In this document: positions 26,521 to 35,949 of the stretch, piece by piece
How the letters are laid out: every line of letters starts with the position of its first letter
Numbering within the stretch: the first letter of the stretch is position 1
Source of the DNA: Dehalococcoidia bacterium
GTDB taxonomy: Bacteria > Chloroflexota > Dehalococcoidia > Lucifugimonadales > UBA3495
Length of the DNA: 64,000 nt
Direction of reading: 5' to 3'
Assembly (NCBI GenBank): GCA_965243185.1
Contig: OZ251531.1
Location: 151,789 to 215,788, forward strand
Program-made: the position numbers and the translations under genes
The notes under the pieces: generated by a model
What the model was told of the DNA's origin: nothing
Seen by the model: only the letters and a program-made list of their open reading frames with translations
Database searches by the model: none

Positions 26521-27711
26521 ATGATTACCAAGTTTGGCAGCTTGTTTGCCGGCCATGTCGATTTTGACGACATCGGACTCGACGCCACGCCGGCTAACGA
26601 CCGCTGGCTCTCCGACGACCACTTGGCAACCGTCTTTGACAAGGCGACCGCCATCGCCCAGGTGATGGATCGGTTGGACTACGAAACTTTCTGGATGGCG
26701 GAACATCACTTCCAACGGGAAGGCTACGAGTGCATCCCCAACCTGCTCCTGTTCGGCGTCCACCTGGCGCACCTGACCCGGCGCCTGAAAATCGGCTGCG
26801 GGTTCAACATTGCGCCCATGTGGAATCCCCTGCGGCTGGCTGAGGATTACGCCACCGCCGATGTGCTTACCGACGGGCGGGTAGTGTTCGGCGTGGGCCG
26901 GGGCTACCACACCCGGGAAGTGGAAACCCTCGACGCCCCCATGCTGGACGCCGCCGCCAACCGGGAACTGTTCGAGGAACAAGTCGAGGTAATGTTCAAG
27001 GCGTTCAACAACCGCTCCTTTGCCCACCGCGGCCCGCATTACACCATCCCGCCCGCCGTGCCGTACCGGGGCTATGAATTGCAGGAGATAACCCTGGTGC
27101 CGCGGCCGCGCTACCTGCCGGTGGAATGTTACCAGCCCCTGGTCAGCGCCAGCCCGCGCGCTATGGACTTTATGGTGAAACACGGCATCAAAGGAATGAT
27201 TGGCGGCGGCGCGGCCGCTGGCGGCGCCACTTACGAAGTGGTGCGGGCTTGGCGGGAAACCCTGGCTAAAGCCGGCAAAGAGACCGAACTGGGCGGCGAC
27301 CTGATTATCGGCTTTTCCATTCACCTGGCCGACACCGAGGAGCAAGCCATCGCCGAAGCCGGCCGGTTCGCCGAGGAAAATATGAAAATGTTCGGGCCGC
27401 TGGGCTTTGTGCGGGGATTGTCTCCGGAGCAGATTGACGCCTTGGGCGACCCGCGCCGCGCCCGGCAAGCCGGCTTGCCTACCATCCGCGACGGCATAAG
27501 GGCTGGCTCCTGGCTGTGCGGCCCTCCGGAACTGGTGGCGGAAAAGCTGAACGCCGTTCAGGAACGCTATCCCGGCTTGACCCAAATCAATGTCGGCTCG
27601 GTAGTCGGCACCCCGCAAAAGGTAATCCTCGAACAACTGGAATGGTTCGGCAAGGAAGTAATGCCGCAATTCCAGTCCCAGGAAAAGACCGCGTCCGTGC
27701 CGGCCGATTAA
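26521..27711 (+). CDS. Luciferase-like (LLM-class) flavin-dependent oxidoreductase
   Basis: Pattern FWMAEHHF...[14 protein letters not shown] at 26521 preceded by GGAGG. Confidence 0.85.
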   Translation: MITKFGSLFAGHVDFDDIGLDATPANDRWLSDDHLATVFDKATAIAQVMDRLDYETFWMAEHHFQREGYECIPNLLLFGVHLAHLTRRLKIGCGFNIAPMWNPLRLAEDYATADVLTDGRVVFGVGRGYHTREVETLDAPMLDAAANRELFEEQVEVMFKAFNNRSFAHRGPHYTIPPAVPYRGYELQEITLVPRPRYLPVECYQPLVSASPRAMDFMVKHGIKGMIGGGAAAGGATYEVVRAWRETLAKAGKETELGGDLIIGFSIHLADTEEQAIAEAGRFAEENMKMFGPLGFVRGLSPEQIDALGDPRRARQAGLPTIRDGIRAGSWLCGPPELVAEKLNAVQERYPGLTQINVGSVVGTPQKVILEQLEWFGKEVMPQFQSQEKTASVPAD

Positions 27712-27746
27712 ACCCGGCAAAAACCGTCCCGCCGTCCCCCCGCCAC

Positions 27747-27782
27747 CAACTGCGCCCGGTCTTTTGACCGGGCGCGTCGGTT
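27747..27782. repeat. Conserved 36-nt hairpin element, copy 1
   Basis: CAACTGCGCCCGGTCTTTTGACCGGGCGCGTCGGTT, identical to 28860..28895. Stem GCGCCCGGTC/GACCGGGCGC. Confidence 0.9.
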
Positions 27783-27797
27783 GGCAAGCCAGGGATT

Positions 27798-28097
27798 TCA
27801 GACCAGCAGTTTCATCTTGAAACGATTCTTGGCCAAATCGGCGGTAGTAGCCGGGCGGGCTTGGGCTGCCTTGACTTCAGCCAGGGCGACGGTGTAGCCG
27901 TCCGCTTCCACAAACTCCACCAGGAACTTCGCAGCTCCGGGGAAAGCGGCCACGATAGTACCGACATCGCCGGGCCGCAAGCCATCCCCGGGATTGTCCG
28001 CCGCCAGCAAAGGACTGTCCGGTGGAATGTCCTCAATGCACTCGAGCCCAATCGGCTCAGTGAGGGCAATGACGGTATGTTCCTCAAACATTTTCAC
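27798..28097 (-). CDS. DUF4926-like small protein
   Basis: 99-aa ORF with pattern GDVGTIV...VEFVEADGYTVALAEV. Paralog of 28915..29214. Confidence 0.6.
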   Translation of the reverse strand: MKMFEEHTVIALTEPIGLECIEDIPPDSPLLAADNPGDGLRPGDVGTIVAAFPGAAKFLVEFVEADGYTVALAEVKAAQARPATTADLAKNRFKMKLLV

Positions 28098-28153
28098 CTC
28101 CGGCGGGGGAAAGCAGTGATGAATCGCGGGATGTCGCCGCCCCGCTCCAGGAA

Positions 28154-28825
28154 TTACTGCCCCAAATCAACCGGCTCAAACGCATCCGGGTCAATCAGCT
28201 CATAGGTTTCCAGGTAAACGGGGATAATGCCCGTCCAATTAACCGTCTGCGTCCCCCGCTTCCAAGTCAAATGATGCGGGGAACGCCCCACATAGCGGAC
28301 TGCCATATTGTGACAGCCCTCGGTGAATTTAATCCCCCAATCATAGTTAAGCGCCTTAACATCCGAACTAGCCGGGCGTTCTTCCTGCTCTAATGCCCCG
28401 GCATCCATCAGATAAAGAACCCCGTCCTGCTTTTTCGTGGTCGTGTGAGTATTGTCCCAATTAAACACGACGCACCCTTGCAGGATAAAAGGTTCCCCTC
28501 CATTTACCCCTTGCCGGTGTTCGGGTTTTACCTCGCTGACCTTGACCGGATTATTGCTAATCCCCCACTTAATCGCCGGCGTGGGCGTAGGAATGGGCGT
28601 AGCAGTCGGAACGGGCGTGGGCGTAGGTGTCGGCGTAGGCGTGGGAATGGGCGTAGGGGTAAGCGTGGGGTAAGGCGTGGGCGTAGGGGTCGGCGTGGGG
28701 CGCGGTATTGCGGTCGGAGTAGGGGCGGGAATAGGCGTGGGCGTGGGCGTAACAGCGCAAGCCGCTGTCAGAACTGCCAACGCCAGCGCGAAACAGGCCC
28801 CAATCCGTTGAATCCGTTTCAGCAT
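28154..28825 (-). CDS. Secreted/lipoprotein-like protein with TP-repeat linker and unknown C-terminal domain
   Basis: Signal peptide [23 protein letters not shown] and then (T/I)P repeats. The C-terminal domain looks lower in GC. Start set at the ATG at 28825; the track extension is a translation of the hairpin repeat. Confidence 0.65.
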   Translation of the reverse strand: MLKRIQRIGACFALALAVLTAACAVTPTPTPIPAPTPTAIPRPTPTPTPTPYPTLTPTPIPTPTPTPTPTPVPTATPIPTPTPAIKWGISNNPVKVSEVKPEHRQGVNGGEPFILQGCVVFNWDNTHTTTKKQDGVLYLMDAGALEQEERPASSDVKALNYDWGIKFTEGCHNMAVRYVGRSPHHLTWKRGTQTVNWTGIIPVYLETYELIDPDAFEPVDLGQ

Positions 28826-28859
28826 ATTCACCTTCCTACTTTCTCCGCCCCGCCGCCAA

Positions 28860-28895
28860 CAACTGCGCCCGGTCTTTTGACCGGGCGCGTCGGTT
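28860..28895. repeat. Conserved 36-nt hairpin element, copy 2
   Basis: Identical to 27747..27782. Lies just downstream (minus sense) of the second DUF4926 gene. Confidence 0.9.
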
Positions 28896-28914
28896 AGCAA
28901 AATGGAGAATGAGG

Positions 28915-29214
28915 TTAGCGGACTGCCGCCATTTCCCGGAAACGGTAACTGGCCCGGTCGGCATCGGTAGCAAGACGCATCTGGTAGGGATATACCGTGG
29001 CTATTGCCACCGTATAGCCGCTGTTCCGCTCCAGAAACTCCACCTCAAAGGCTTCCCCGTCGCCCTGCACATACACAATAACCCCCACATCGCCGGGCAG
29101 CAGCCCTTCCCCCGTACCCGCCGGGTCAAACAACGGGCTATCCTCGGGGAGTTCCCAAGTCTTTTCCCGGGCGATGGGCGCGGTAAGGGTAACGGCGTCC
29201 AGTTCCTGGAACAT
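28915..29214 (-). CDS. DUF4926-like small protein
   Basis: 99-aa ORF with pattern GDVGVIVYV...[19 protein letters not shown]. Confidence 0.6.
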   Translation of the reverse strand: MFQELDAVTLTAPIAREKTWELPEDSPLFDPAGTGEGLLPGDVGVIVYVQGDGEAFEVEFLERNSGYTVAIATVYPYQMRLATDADRASYRFREMAAVR

Positions 29215-29223
29215 ATTGCCTCT

Positions 29224-29559
29224 CTAATGGGCCGGCCGCCCCGAAATAAACCGGGGGTAGTCTGCGCCATAGTCCATCTGCCAAACCGTCAAAACTACCG
29301 GATTGCGCCCATCGGGGCTTTCCAGCCTGCCAATTATAACATACTGGATACCCCACTCCGTTGCTTTAGTAGTCCGGACTTCATATTGCAAGCAATGCCG
29401 CCGCAGCGCATCCGCAAAAACTTCTCACTCCTCAACCCGAAAGCCGAACTCCCGAAAGAACCGGGCTTTGCTGGCCCCGTCAACGCTGGTCAGCGCAAGC
29501 AGATAGTCCGTAATTTTCTCCCGCGCCACTATCGCCCCTTCCCCATTAGGCAGTTTCAA
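29224..29559 (-). pseudogene. DUF6883-like gene interrupted by one in-frame TGA
   Basis: Hand-translated from the TTG at 29559: MKLPNGEGAIVAREKITDYLLALTSVDGASKARFFREFGFRVEE*EVFADALRRH...GIQYVIIGRLESPDGRNPVVLTVWQMDYGADYPRFISGRPAH. The TGA is at 29425-29427. The family pattern is recalled from memory. Confidence 0.5.
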
Positions 29560-29618
29560 CAATAACCCCCGTAATACCCCCGACTGCTCCACGGGCAGCG
29601 GCCACGCCCCGCCCTTGA

Positions 29619-30647
29619 CTACCCCCGCCCCCGGCCCGGCAGCGGCGGCAAATTCAGCATCAAATTTTCCAACGCCAACCGCGCATTGGCATTCCCGTCC
29701 AACGCCGCCAGCGTCCCGTTCAGCCGGCGGATAAACCCCGCTACTTGCGCCGTACTCAGCCCCCCGGCTTGCAGCCGCAGCGGCGTCAGGCAGTCCGCAT
29801 TATGCACATACTCTTCGGCCGCCTCCTTAACCAGCAGCAAATCCCGCCACCAGCCCAGCCACAAATACAGCAGCTCTTTAGTCTCCTCCCGCTCCCGATT
29901 AAAGCGTCCCGCCAACTCCGCCGCATAGTCAAACCGGGCATCCAACCCGCCGCTGCAAACCTCCTGCAACCGCTCCAGTTCCGCATCCCGCTGCTCCAGC
30001 ATTTCCCCATCCCGCAGGGCGTTGACCGCTTGCCCCAAACAGCCCCGGGACAGCCGCGCCAACCGCGCCGCCAGCTCCGGGGCGGCGGCATAATCGCTGA
30101 CCAACCGCCGCTCCAGTTCCGCCCGGGCCAACGGTTTCAGATACAACGCCCGGCACCGCGAGCGGATGGTGGACAGCAGCGCATCCTCATTAGCCGTCAG
30201 CAGCAGCAGTACCGTGCCGGCCGGCGGCTCCTCCAGGGTTTTCAGCAAAGCATTAGCCGCCGCCGCATTCATCAATTCCGCCCCGTCGATGATGACCACC
30301 TTGCCCGCGCCCTCATAAGCCGACAGGTTAAGAAAACCCTCGATTTCCCGCACCTGGTCAATGCGGATGTCCCGCCGGGCCGGGCCGTCCTCCTCGCCGC
30401 GGCCCACGCCGATAACCTGCACATCCGGATGGACGCCCCGGGCAATGCGCTGACACTGCGAACACTCCCCGCAGGGTGCGCCGCCCTCCCGTTGCGGGCA
30501 GTTGACGGCTTGGGCAATGTTGACCGCCAAAGTCATCTTGCCCACGTGCGGCGGCCCCACCAGCAAATAAGCGTGCGCCAACCGCCCGGTCAGCAGCCCG
30601 GCCGCAAGTTGGCGCGTTAAATGCTCCTGCCCATAAACCTGCCACAT
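29619..30647 (-). CDS. holB: DNA polymerase III subunit delta-prime
   Basis: HAYLLVGPPHVGKMTLA, zinc module CGECSQCQ and VVIIDGAELM seen. Confidence 0.85.
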   Translation of the reverse strand: MWQVYGQEHLTRQLAAGLLTGRLAHAYLLVGPPHVGKMTLAVNIAQAVNCPQREGGAPCGECSQCQRIARGVHPDVQVIGVGRGEEDGPARRDIRIDQVREIEGFLNLSAYEGAGKVVIIDGAELMNAAAANALLKTLEEPPAGTVLLLLTANEDALLSTIRSRCRALYLKPLARAELERRLVSDYAAAPELAARLARLSRGCLGQAVNALRDGEMLEQRDAELERLQEVCSGGLDARFDYAAELAGRFNREREETKELLYLWLGWWRDLLLVKEAAEEYVHNADCLTPLRLQAGGLSTAQVAGFIRRLNGTLAALDGNANARLALENLMLNLPPLPGRGRG

Positions 30648-30648
30648 A

Positions 30649-31953
30649 CTACAAATCGCACAACATCAAATCGGCGTAACTCTCCCGCCGCCGAATCAAC
30701 CGGCTTTCCCCGTCCTTCACCAGCACCATCGGCGGCCGCGGGTTCAGGTTATAGTTGCTCGCCATCGACGGACAGTAAGCACCGGCCGCCGGAATGGCGA
30801 TAATATCCCCCGGCGCCACCGTCGGCAGCAGCACATCCGCCGCCAGCACATCCCCCGACTCGCAATACTTCCCGGCAATAGTAACCCGCTCCCAATCCGT
30901 GCGGTTCAGCTTGCCCGCCGCCGCCACTTCATAATTGGCTTGATACAAAGCCGGCCGAATGTTATCCCCCATCCCGCCGTCCACGCTGACATACTTGCGG
31001 ACGCCGGGAATATCCTTGATCGCCCCAATGCGATACAAAGCCACCCCCGCCGGCCCGATTATCGACCTCCCCGGCTCAATCAGCAGCCTCGGCGCCGCCA
31101 TCCCCAACTCGGCGCAAGTGGCTTTCAATGCGGCGACAATAGCCTCGGCGTAATCGCCAATCGCCGGCGGTTCATCCGCCCGGGTATAGGCAATGGCAAA
31201 CCCGCCGCCCGGGCTGAACTCCTGCAAATCCAGGCCTTCCTCCCGAAACCCGGCGGCAAAGCGCAACACCAAATCGGTAGCGGCGGCGTAAGGCTCCAAC
31301 TCAAAGATAGGCGAACCCAAGTGAAAATGCAGCCCCCGCAACTTCAGGTTAGGCGCAGCCAACGCCTGCCGGATGGCGGCGGCCGCATCCCCGGTCTGAA
31401 TGGAAAAACCGAACTTGGAGTCAATAATGCCGGTGGTAGTATAGGCGTGGGTATGCGGGTCAATGCCCGGCGATACCCGGATCAGGATGTCTTGAATTTT
31501 GCCGCTGTAGCCGGCAATGCGGTTCAGCAAATCCAGTTCATAAAAACTATCCACCACCACCCGGCCGATGCCCTGGCTGACGGCGTAATCCAGTTCCTCC
31601 GCCGTCTTGTTGTTGCCGTGAAAATAGACCCTTTCCAGCGGGAAACCGGCTGCGGCCGCCACCGCCAACTCCCCCCCGGAAACCACATCCAAGCCCAATC
31701 CTTCCTCGTCGAAAATCTGAGCCAACGCCGGGTTGATATAGGCTTTCGATGCGTACAACACCTGCGCCCCGGGGCAGCGCCGCGCAAACTCCTCCCGATA
31801 ACTGCGGCAGCGATTGCGGATAGTAGCCTCATCCAGCACATAAACCGGAGTCCCATACTCCGCCGCCAAATCCGCCGCAGAACGCCCGCCGATAACCAGC
31901 TCCGCCCCGCCCTCCAGCTCCGCCGTATCCGGAAAAACATCTTTCAGCGCCAT
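30649..31953 (-). CDS. lysA: Diaminopimelate decarboxylase
   Basis: 434-aa ORF with YGTPVYVLDE, YASKAY and CESGD patterns. Confidence 0.93.
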   Translation of the reverse strand: MALKDVFPDTAELEGGAELVIGGRSAADLAAEYGTPVYVLDEATIRNRCRSYREEFARRCPGAQVLYASKAYINPALAQIFDEEGLGLDVVSGGELAVAAAAGFPLERVYFHGNNKTAEELDYAVSQGIGRVVVDSFYELDLLNRIAGYSGKIQDILIRVSPGIDPHTHAYTTTGIIDSKFGFSIQTGDAAAAIRQALAAPNLKLRGLHFHLGSPIFELEPYAAATDLVLRFAAGFREEGLDLQEFSPGGGFAIAYTRADEPPAIGDYAEAIVAALKATCAELGMAAPRLLIEPGRSIIGPAGVALYRIGAIKDIPGVRKYVSVDGGMGDNIRPALYQANYEVAAAGKLNRTDWERVTIAGKYCESGDVLAADVLLPTVAPGDIIAIPAAGAYCPSMASNYNLNPRPPMVLVKDGESRLIRRRESYADLMLCDL

Positions 31954-32027
31954 AGGCTTGTCTTAACCTCGTTAGTAGATGGTGAGACCGGTCACGCCGG
32001 CAGGCGGGACTCCCCTTGCAGCGTTAC

Positions 32028-32375
32028 CTACAAAGGCGCCAAGCCTTGGCGCAGGATGTTCAGCGTCTCCGCTCCGTCCGCCGGCAAATCCCAGTATTCC
32101 TTGTAACCGCCTTGCCCGTCCGGTTGCAGCAGCTTTTCCAAGCCAGCCGGGTATTCAAGCCGGAGGAAATCGCCCCGGACAATGCCCTTTTGCAAAGATT
32201 CCACATCCCGCCCCAGCAGTTGCCCGGCATTAACCACTTCCACCCCGATGATGCCCCCGGCGGCGTCCAGTTCCAGCGTCACCCCCGGATAAATCTCCAC
32301 CGCCGCATCCTCAACGCCCGCCCCGCCCCAATGCAGGATGTCAAACTCAGCGTCATAGCGTAATTTCGGGTTCAT
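32028..32375 (-). CDS. DUF2283-like small protein
   Basis: MNPKLRYDAEFDILHW N-terminus typical of DUF2283. Start set at the ATG at 32375. Confidence 0.6.
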   Translation of the reverse strand: MNPKLRYDAEFDILHWGGAGVEDAAVEIYPGVTLELDAAGGIIGVEVVNAGQLLGRDVESLQKGIVRGDFLRLEYPAGLEKLLQPDGQGGYKEYWDLPADGAETLNILRQGLAPL

Positions 32376-32442
32376 AGGAATATAATAGGGCAGCAAAAGA
32401 CTACGCGCAAGGGCAAGGTTGTCTATGCCGGTTCTCCCCCTA

Positions 32443-32750
32443 CTCCCCCCGCAACTTCCCCAACGCCGGTATCGCCGCCACTTTCTCCGCCGTCAAAGCC
32501 TCCCAATAAATGCCACCCGGACGCGGCAAATCCCCCGGACAGCAAATCATTTCCTCCGTCGTTGCGGCGTCTCCGGCCTAATCACCCCGGCCGCCGCCAC
32601 CAGCTCATTCGCATAGACATTTTCCAAGTGGCTGTGAACCGGAAATCCATCCGCCCAAGTCTGATTGACTACTACCTTCGCCATTCCTTTAACATCGATA
32701 TCAAACAGACCGCTCAAGCTCGGTCCGCCTGTTTCATCCCATCCGTCCAA
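32443..32750 (-). pseudogene. Rearranged remnant of a 5-formyltetrahydrofolate cyclo-ligase paralog
   Basis: The 3-prime ~170 nt is near-identical to the intact gene at 33264.., apart from an ~85-nt deletion that breaks the frame. The upstream part (track ORF 32547..32750) keeps only weak similarity (VVVN..., AAAGVIRPETP). Confidence 0.5.
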
Positions 32751-32773
32751 GAAATGCCTCGGCTGTCAACTTT

Positions 32774-33076
32774 TCAAGCAGTTTCCTGCTTGTCTTGACC
32801 TCGTTTCTTCTCCCATTCACGGATTATGTCCTCGCGGGTAATGGTGGGGCCGGTGATAATTACCGGGTTCACGTCGCCATCGCCATCCCAATGGATAGCA
32901 TCGACGTGCGCGTGCGCCCCATCGCTCAAGCTCCAAGGTTGCCACCCGAATTCCCCGAATTCCTCTTCCGCCAATCCCTCTAACGCAGGCAAAAGTTTCT
33001 TTCCCTTTTCCCAGGCGTCGGCGGGGTTGTCGGCTTCAACGGTAACCAACAATTCAAGATTAACTTGGAACTTCAT
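32774..33076 (-). CDS. Hypothetical acidic 100-aa protein
   Basis: ORF only; no motif recognised. Lies between the two duplicated segments. Confidence 0.35.
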   Translation of the reverse strand: MKFQVNLELLVTVEADNPADAWEKGKKLLPALEGLAEEEFGEFGWQPWSLSDGAHAHVDAIHWDGDGDVNPVIITGPTITREDIIREWEKKRGQDKQETA

Positions 33077-33091
33077 AATTCGCTCTCCTTT

Positions 33092-33216
33092 CTAGTTGCC
33101 AAGCAGGGCGTCAAGGTAGTTGCCGGCCCCAGCAATCAGTTCCAAGGCTATGGCAACATCCCGCCTTGCACCGGTCAGGATGTCAGACTCAGCGTCATAG
33201 GAATATGATAGGGCAG
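33092..33216 (-). pseudogene. Start-less remnant of a DUF2283 paralog
   Basis: Frame reads ..YDAESDILTGARRDVAIALELIAGAGNYLDALLGN*. Relative to 32337..32396, a 19-nt deletion removed the MNPKLR start. Confidence 0.35.
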
Positions 33217-33263
33217 AAACCGGGTATATGCAATAGCCCCGGTCGTCTATGCCGCCTCTCCCC

Positions 33264-33974
33264 CTAATCCCCCCGCAACTTCCCCAACGCCGGTATCGCC
33301 GCCACCTTATCCGCCGTCAAAGCCTCCCAATAAATGCCGCCCGGACGCGGCAAATCCCCCGGACAGCAAATCATTTCCTCCGGCGTTGCAATGTAATTCA
33401 ACGGCACATCATAGGCCGCCCGCGGCAGCGGCTCCGTCAACACCTGCCACGGATGCACGGTAGTCACCACCGGCGTCTCCGGCCTAATCACCCCGGCGGC
33501 CGCCGCCAGTCCATACTCCAAATCCGCATACCCGCCGCCCTTGCCTACCCGCACGCCCTCCCGGTTCACCGCCACCGACCCGGAAATCACCAAATCCACC
33601 GACCGCAGCTCGGCAGCATACACCGGCCGCCCGTACTGGAACGCCCCGCCGATCGTGGACGCCTGCGCCGGGGTACACCCCATCACCGCCGGATCCAACT
33701 CCACAAAACACCGTTCCTGCGCCAACCGCGGCACCGCCATATACAGCAGCTTGCCCTCCGCCAAGGCCCGCTCCCGCAACGGCCGCTGCGCCTTGTCCGG
33801 ATTGCTCTTGACCACCTGCGCCGCTTGCCACGCCGCCAAGTCAAAAACCCGCTCCGCCGCCGTCTCGGCCCCGTAAAAATCCGGAATCTTATCGTGGACG
33901 CTTTGACTCCGTACCACCCCGGCCCGCTCCAACGCCGTCCACACCCCTTCCCGAATCGCCAACTTGTCCCGCAT
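33264..33974 (-). CDS. 5-formyltetrahydrofolate cyclo-ligase family protein
   Basis: 236-aa ORF with GKGGGYADLEY and C-terminal YDVPLNYIATPEE patterns. Confidence 0.8.
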   Translation of the reverse strand: MRDKLAIREGVWTALERAGVVRSQSVHDKIPDFYGAETAAERVFDLAAWQAAQVVKSNPDKAQRPLRERALAEGKLLYMAVPRLAQERCFVELDPAVMGCTPAQASTIGGAFQYGRPVYAAELRSVDLVISGSVAVNREGVRVGKGGGYADLEYGLAAAAGVIRPETPVVTTVHPWQVLTEPLPRAAYDVPLNYIATPEEMICCPGDLPRPGGIYWEALTADKVAAIPALGKLRGD

Positions 33975-33985
33975 CCTTTCGCTCC

Positions 33986-35245
33986 CTACACCGGCCGCAC
34001 GTACTCGGCAAAACTGCTGACTTGAGCCTGACCGGCCATATCGATCAGGATATGCCGGCTTTCCATCGGTTTATCGTTCAGCCGGTCGAGTAGCCAATCG
34101 GCGGTCAAAGTAGCCGGGTTCGGCCCCAAGTCCGCCGAAGTAGAGCCGCCCAAACCGTGATCCGCCCCCTCATACAGCACCATCTCCTTGGGCGCGCTGA
34201 TGCTCTCCAGCAGTTGATAGGTGAACTCAATGGGACTCAGGTGGTCATCCTCTCCCGCCAGCACCAGATAGGGGCAGGTTATCCTTTCCCCCACGCCGGC
34301 CAAAGTCAGGGTTTGGGCAAAGCGGTCGAACTCCGCCTCATCCTCATACCCGGCCATATACATAAAACGCAGCTTGAAAGTGGGCGAGGCCAGGTTAAAG
34401 ATGGTATTCATCCCCGGCTCGTGGCACACCGCCTGCACCGCGCATCCTTTGATGCGATGATCCACCGCCGCCACCTGCGTTCCCCAGAAAGACCCCATAC
34501 TGTTGCCCCGAATGGCGATCCGCTCCGGGTCGATTTCCGGCTGCTCCCGCATCCACTCCAGCACCGTCCACCCGGCGTCAAACCAGTTATCGGAAGTCAC
34601 CTGGATACCTCGGTTCAGCGCCTCTTTCTGCCCCGGCCCGTCGATTGCCAGCACCGCCACGCCCCGCTCCAGTAGCCGGTCGCCGTACAGAGCCACCCCG
34701 GTCTCCTTGAAACTGTCCATCCCCGGAATGGACAGCACCGTCGGCCACGCCGCGCCCGGGGTATTATCCGGCAGATGCAGCCAAGCCGGGAGCGCGTTGC
34801 CGCAAAAGGGAATGTCCACCCGGCGAATGGGATGATTGGCGTATTGGGCGTACTTGGCGTAGCACTCGACCTTCTTTTCGCCCAGCCGGTCATTCTCCGG
34901 CGTATGGGCAAAGATCGGCCACTGCGCGCTGCCGTACAGCAGGGCTGCGATAAAGTAGCTTTCCCGGGCGGCGACGCGATGCCCTTCCCTCTCGTGTTGT
35001 AGCGCCTTGCTTTCCCGGCGGACGGCGGCCCGGCGAAACTCCCGGCTGGCATCGTTAAAGCGTTTGACCCGGGCCCGGACGCCGTTAAAATCCGGCGCCG
35101 CCTCCGGCCCGCAGGGCCCCAGCGTATAGCCGATGCGCCGCTGATCCCACTCAATCCCCACCGTCTGCACCACCACATCCAGCAGCCACCGCTGCTCCTG
35201 CCACCGTTTCATCCGGCCTTCAACCGACGACTCCATAGCGGGCAT
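33986..35245 (-). CDS. Alpha/beta hydrolase
   Basis: Nucleophile elbow GNSMGS and later acidic/His residues (GEDDHL, GADHG). Confidence 0.75.
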   Translation of the reverse strand: MPAMESSVEGRMKRWQEQRWLLDVVVQTVGIEWDQRRIGYTLGPCGPEAAPDFNGVRARVKRFNDASREFRRAAVRRESKALQHEREGHRVAARESYFIAALLYGSAQWPIFAHTPENDRLGEKKVECYAKYAQYANHPIRRVDIPFCGNALPAWLHLPDNTPGAAWPTVLSIPGMDSFKETGVALYGDRLLERGVAVLAIDGPGQKEALNRGIQVTSDNWFDAGWTVLEWMREQPEIDPERIAIRGNSMGSFWGTQVAAVDHRIKGCAVQAVCHEPGMNTIFNLASPTFKLRFMYMAGYEDEAEFDRFAQTLTLAGVGERITCPYLVLAGEDDHLSPIEFTYQLLESISAPKEMVLYEGADHGLGGSTSADLGPNPATLTADWLLDRLNDKPMESRHILIDMAGQAQVSSFAEYVRPV

Positions 35246-35386
35246 AATCAGCCGCTCCTTATTTCAGCATTTGGTTTGGGCGGTATTGTAGCATAAAACG
35301 GGGGTAAAACAGGGAATTAGGCAAGGCAACCCTGGCAGCTCATATTAAACTTGTTGAGAGATGAACCGGCTGTATCAGCATAAAAC

Positions 35387-35428
35387 AGAGTGGGCTGGAG
35401 AGGGACTAATCCCTCTCCAGCCCACTCT
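35387..35428 (-). terminator. Intrinsic terminator (19-bp perfect stem)
   Basis: AGAGTGGGCTGGAGAGGGA-CTAA-TCCCTCTCCAGCCCACTCT. On the minus strand it is followed by GTTTTATGC. Lies 3 nt after the stop of the 35431 gene. Confidence 0.75.
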
Positions 35429-35430
35429 AA

Positions 35431-35940
35431 TTATTCCACTGAAATAATCCTGACATTGCAATCGATGTCAGATTCGCCGACTGCCGTGGACGAAAGCGGT
35501 ACGCCAAAGGAGTTCGCCGCTTCGTACCGCATAACGACGCGACGGGGAAAACTTCCACCGGAGTAGGTGGTCTCAACGTGCTTAAAGGTCGAAGGAGCTT
35601 TAAGCGTGTTCTTAATCAGACGCTCAAACTTGACGTGGTTGCCATCCCACCGGTCAAAACACCTTTCCCACCGCGTCTCGGTCGGACTGCTAGACCCCGA
35701 ATCGTCCCCCGATCCGCTAGCTATGGCGATAAGGATAACAAGAAAGAACAGGCCAAGCAGCCCGCCGCAGCCAATCAACCCCCACTTGGTACAACCTTTC
35801 TTAACGGCGTCGTCCTGCTGCTGATTAACCGGCTCTTGGACAGGGGATGCGGCGGGGGGGATTTCCCGACTAACACCGCAATGGGTGCAGAACTTTGCGC
35901 TGTCGGCTACTTCGCCGCCGCAACTAGGGCAATAAGGCAT
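35431..35940 (-). CDS. Zinc-ribbon membrane protein (hypothetical)
   Basis: CPSCGGEV...CTHCG zinc ribbon, one TM helix (LIGCGGLLGLFFLVILIAIA), and a C-terminal domain of unknown family. Confidence 0.6.
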   Translation of the reverse strand: MPYCPSCGGEVADSAKFCTHCGVSREIPPAASPVQEPVNQQQDDAVKKGCTKWGLIGCGGLLGLFFLVILIAIASGSGDDSGSSSPTETRWERCFDRWDGNHVKFERLIKNTLKAPSTFKHVETTYSGGSFPRRVVMRYEAANSFGVPLSSTAVGESDIDCNVRIISVE

Positions 35941-35949
35941 AGATACCTC

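Noticed and set aside
26416-27720. Very long antisense or off-frame ORFs. Examples are 26416..27720, 15636..16796, 17764..19413, 30940..32106, 36594..37697, 42252..43463, 46146..47297, 49060..50169, 55423..56436 and 60272..61258.
   Set aside because: Each lies opposite or out of frame to a gene with clear family motifs. Their translations are Arg/Gly/Pro/Gln-rich low-complexity sequences typical of shadow ORFs in high-GC genomes.
27587-27787. 66-aa ORF beginning [13 protein letters not shown], and the similar N-terminal extension ([13 protein letters not shown]) of ORF 28154..28900.
   Set aside because: The shared peptide is just the translation of the conserved 36-nt hairpin element. The lipoprotein gene has a proper ATG with an RBS and signal peptide at 28825.
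28445-28897. Periodic short repeats that could be mistaken for a CRISPR array or for Arg/Gly-rich proteins. The same pattern occurs at 51121..51615 and 52004..52851.
   Set aside because: The periodicity is the codon-level TPxP repeat of the PT-linker lipoprotein genes. There are no unique spacers between constant repeats and no cas genes.
29425-29427. Possibility that TGA is recoded (to Trp, Gly or Sec) in this organism.
   Set aside because: TGA ends several well-supported genes here, for example the restriction-nuclease ORF at 19335 and the HEPN gene at 59378. Standard code 11 therefore applies, and I saw no SECIS-like context.
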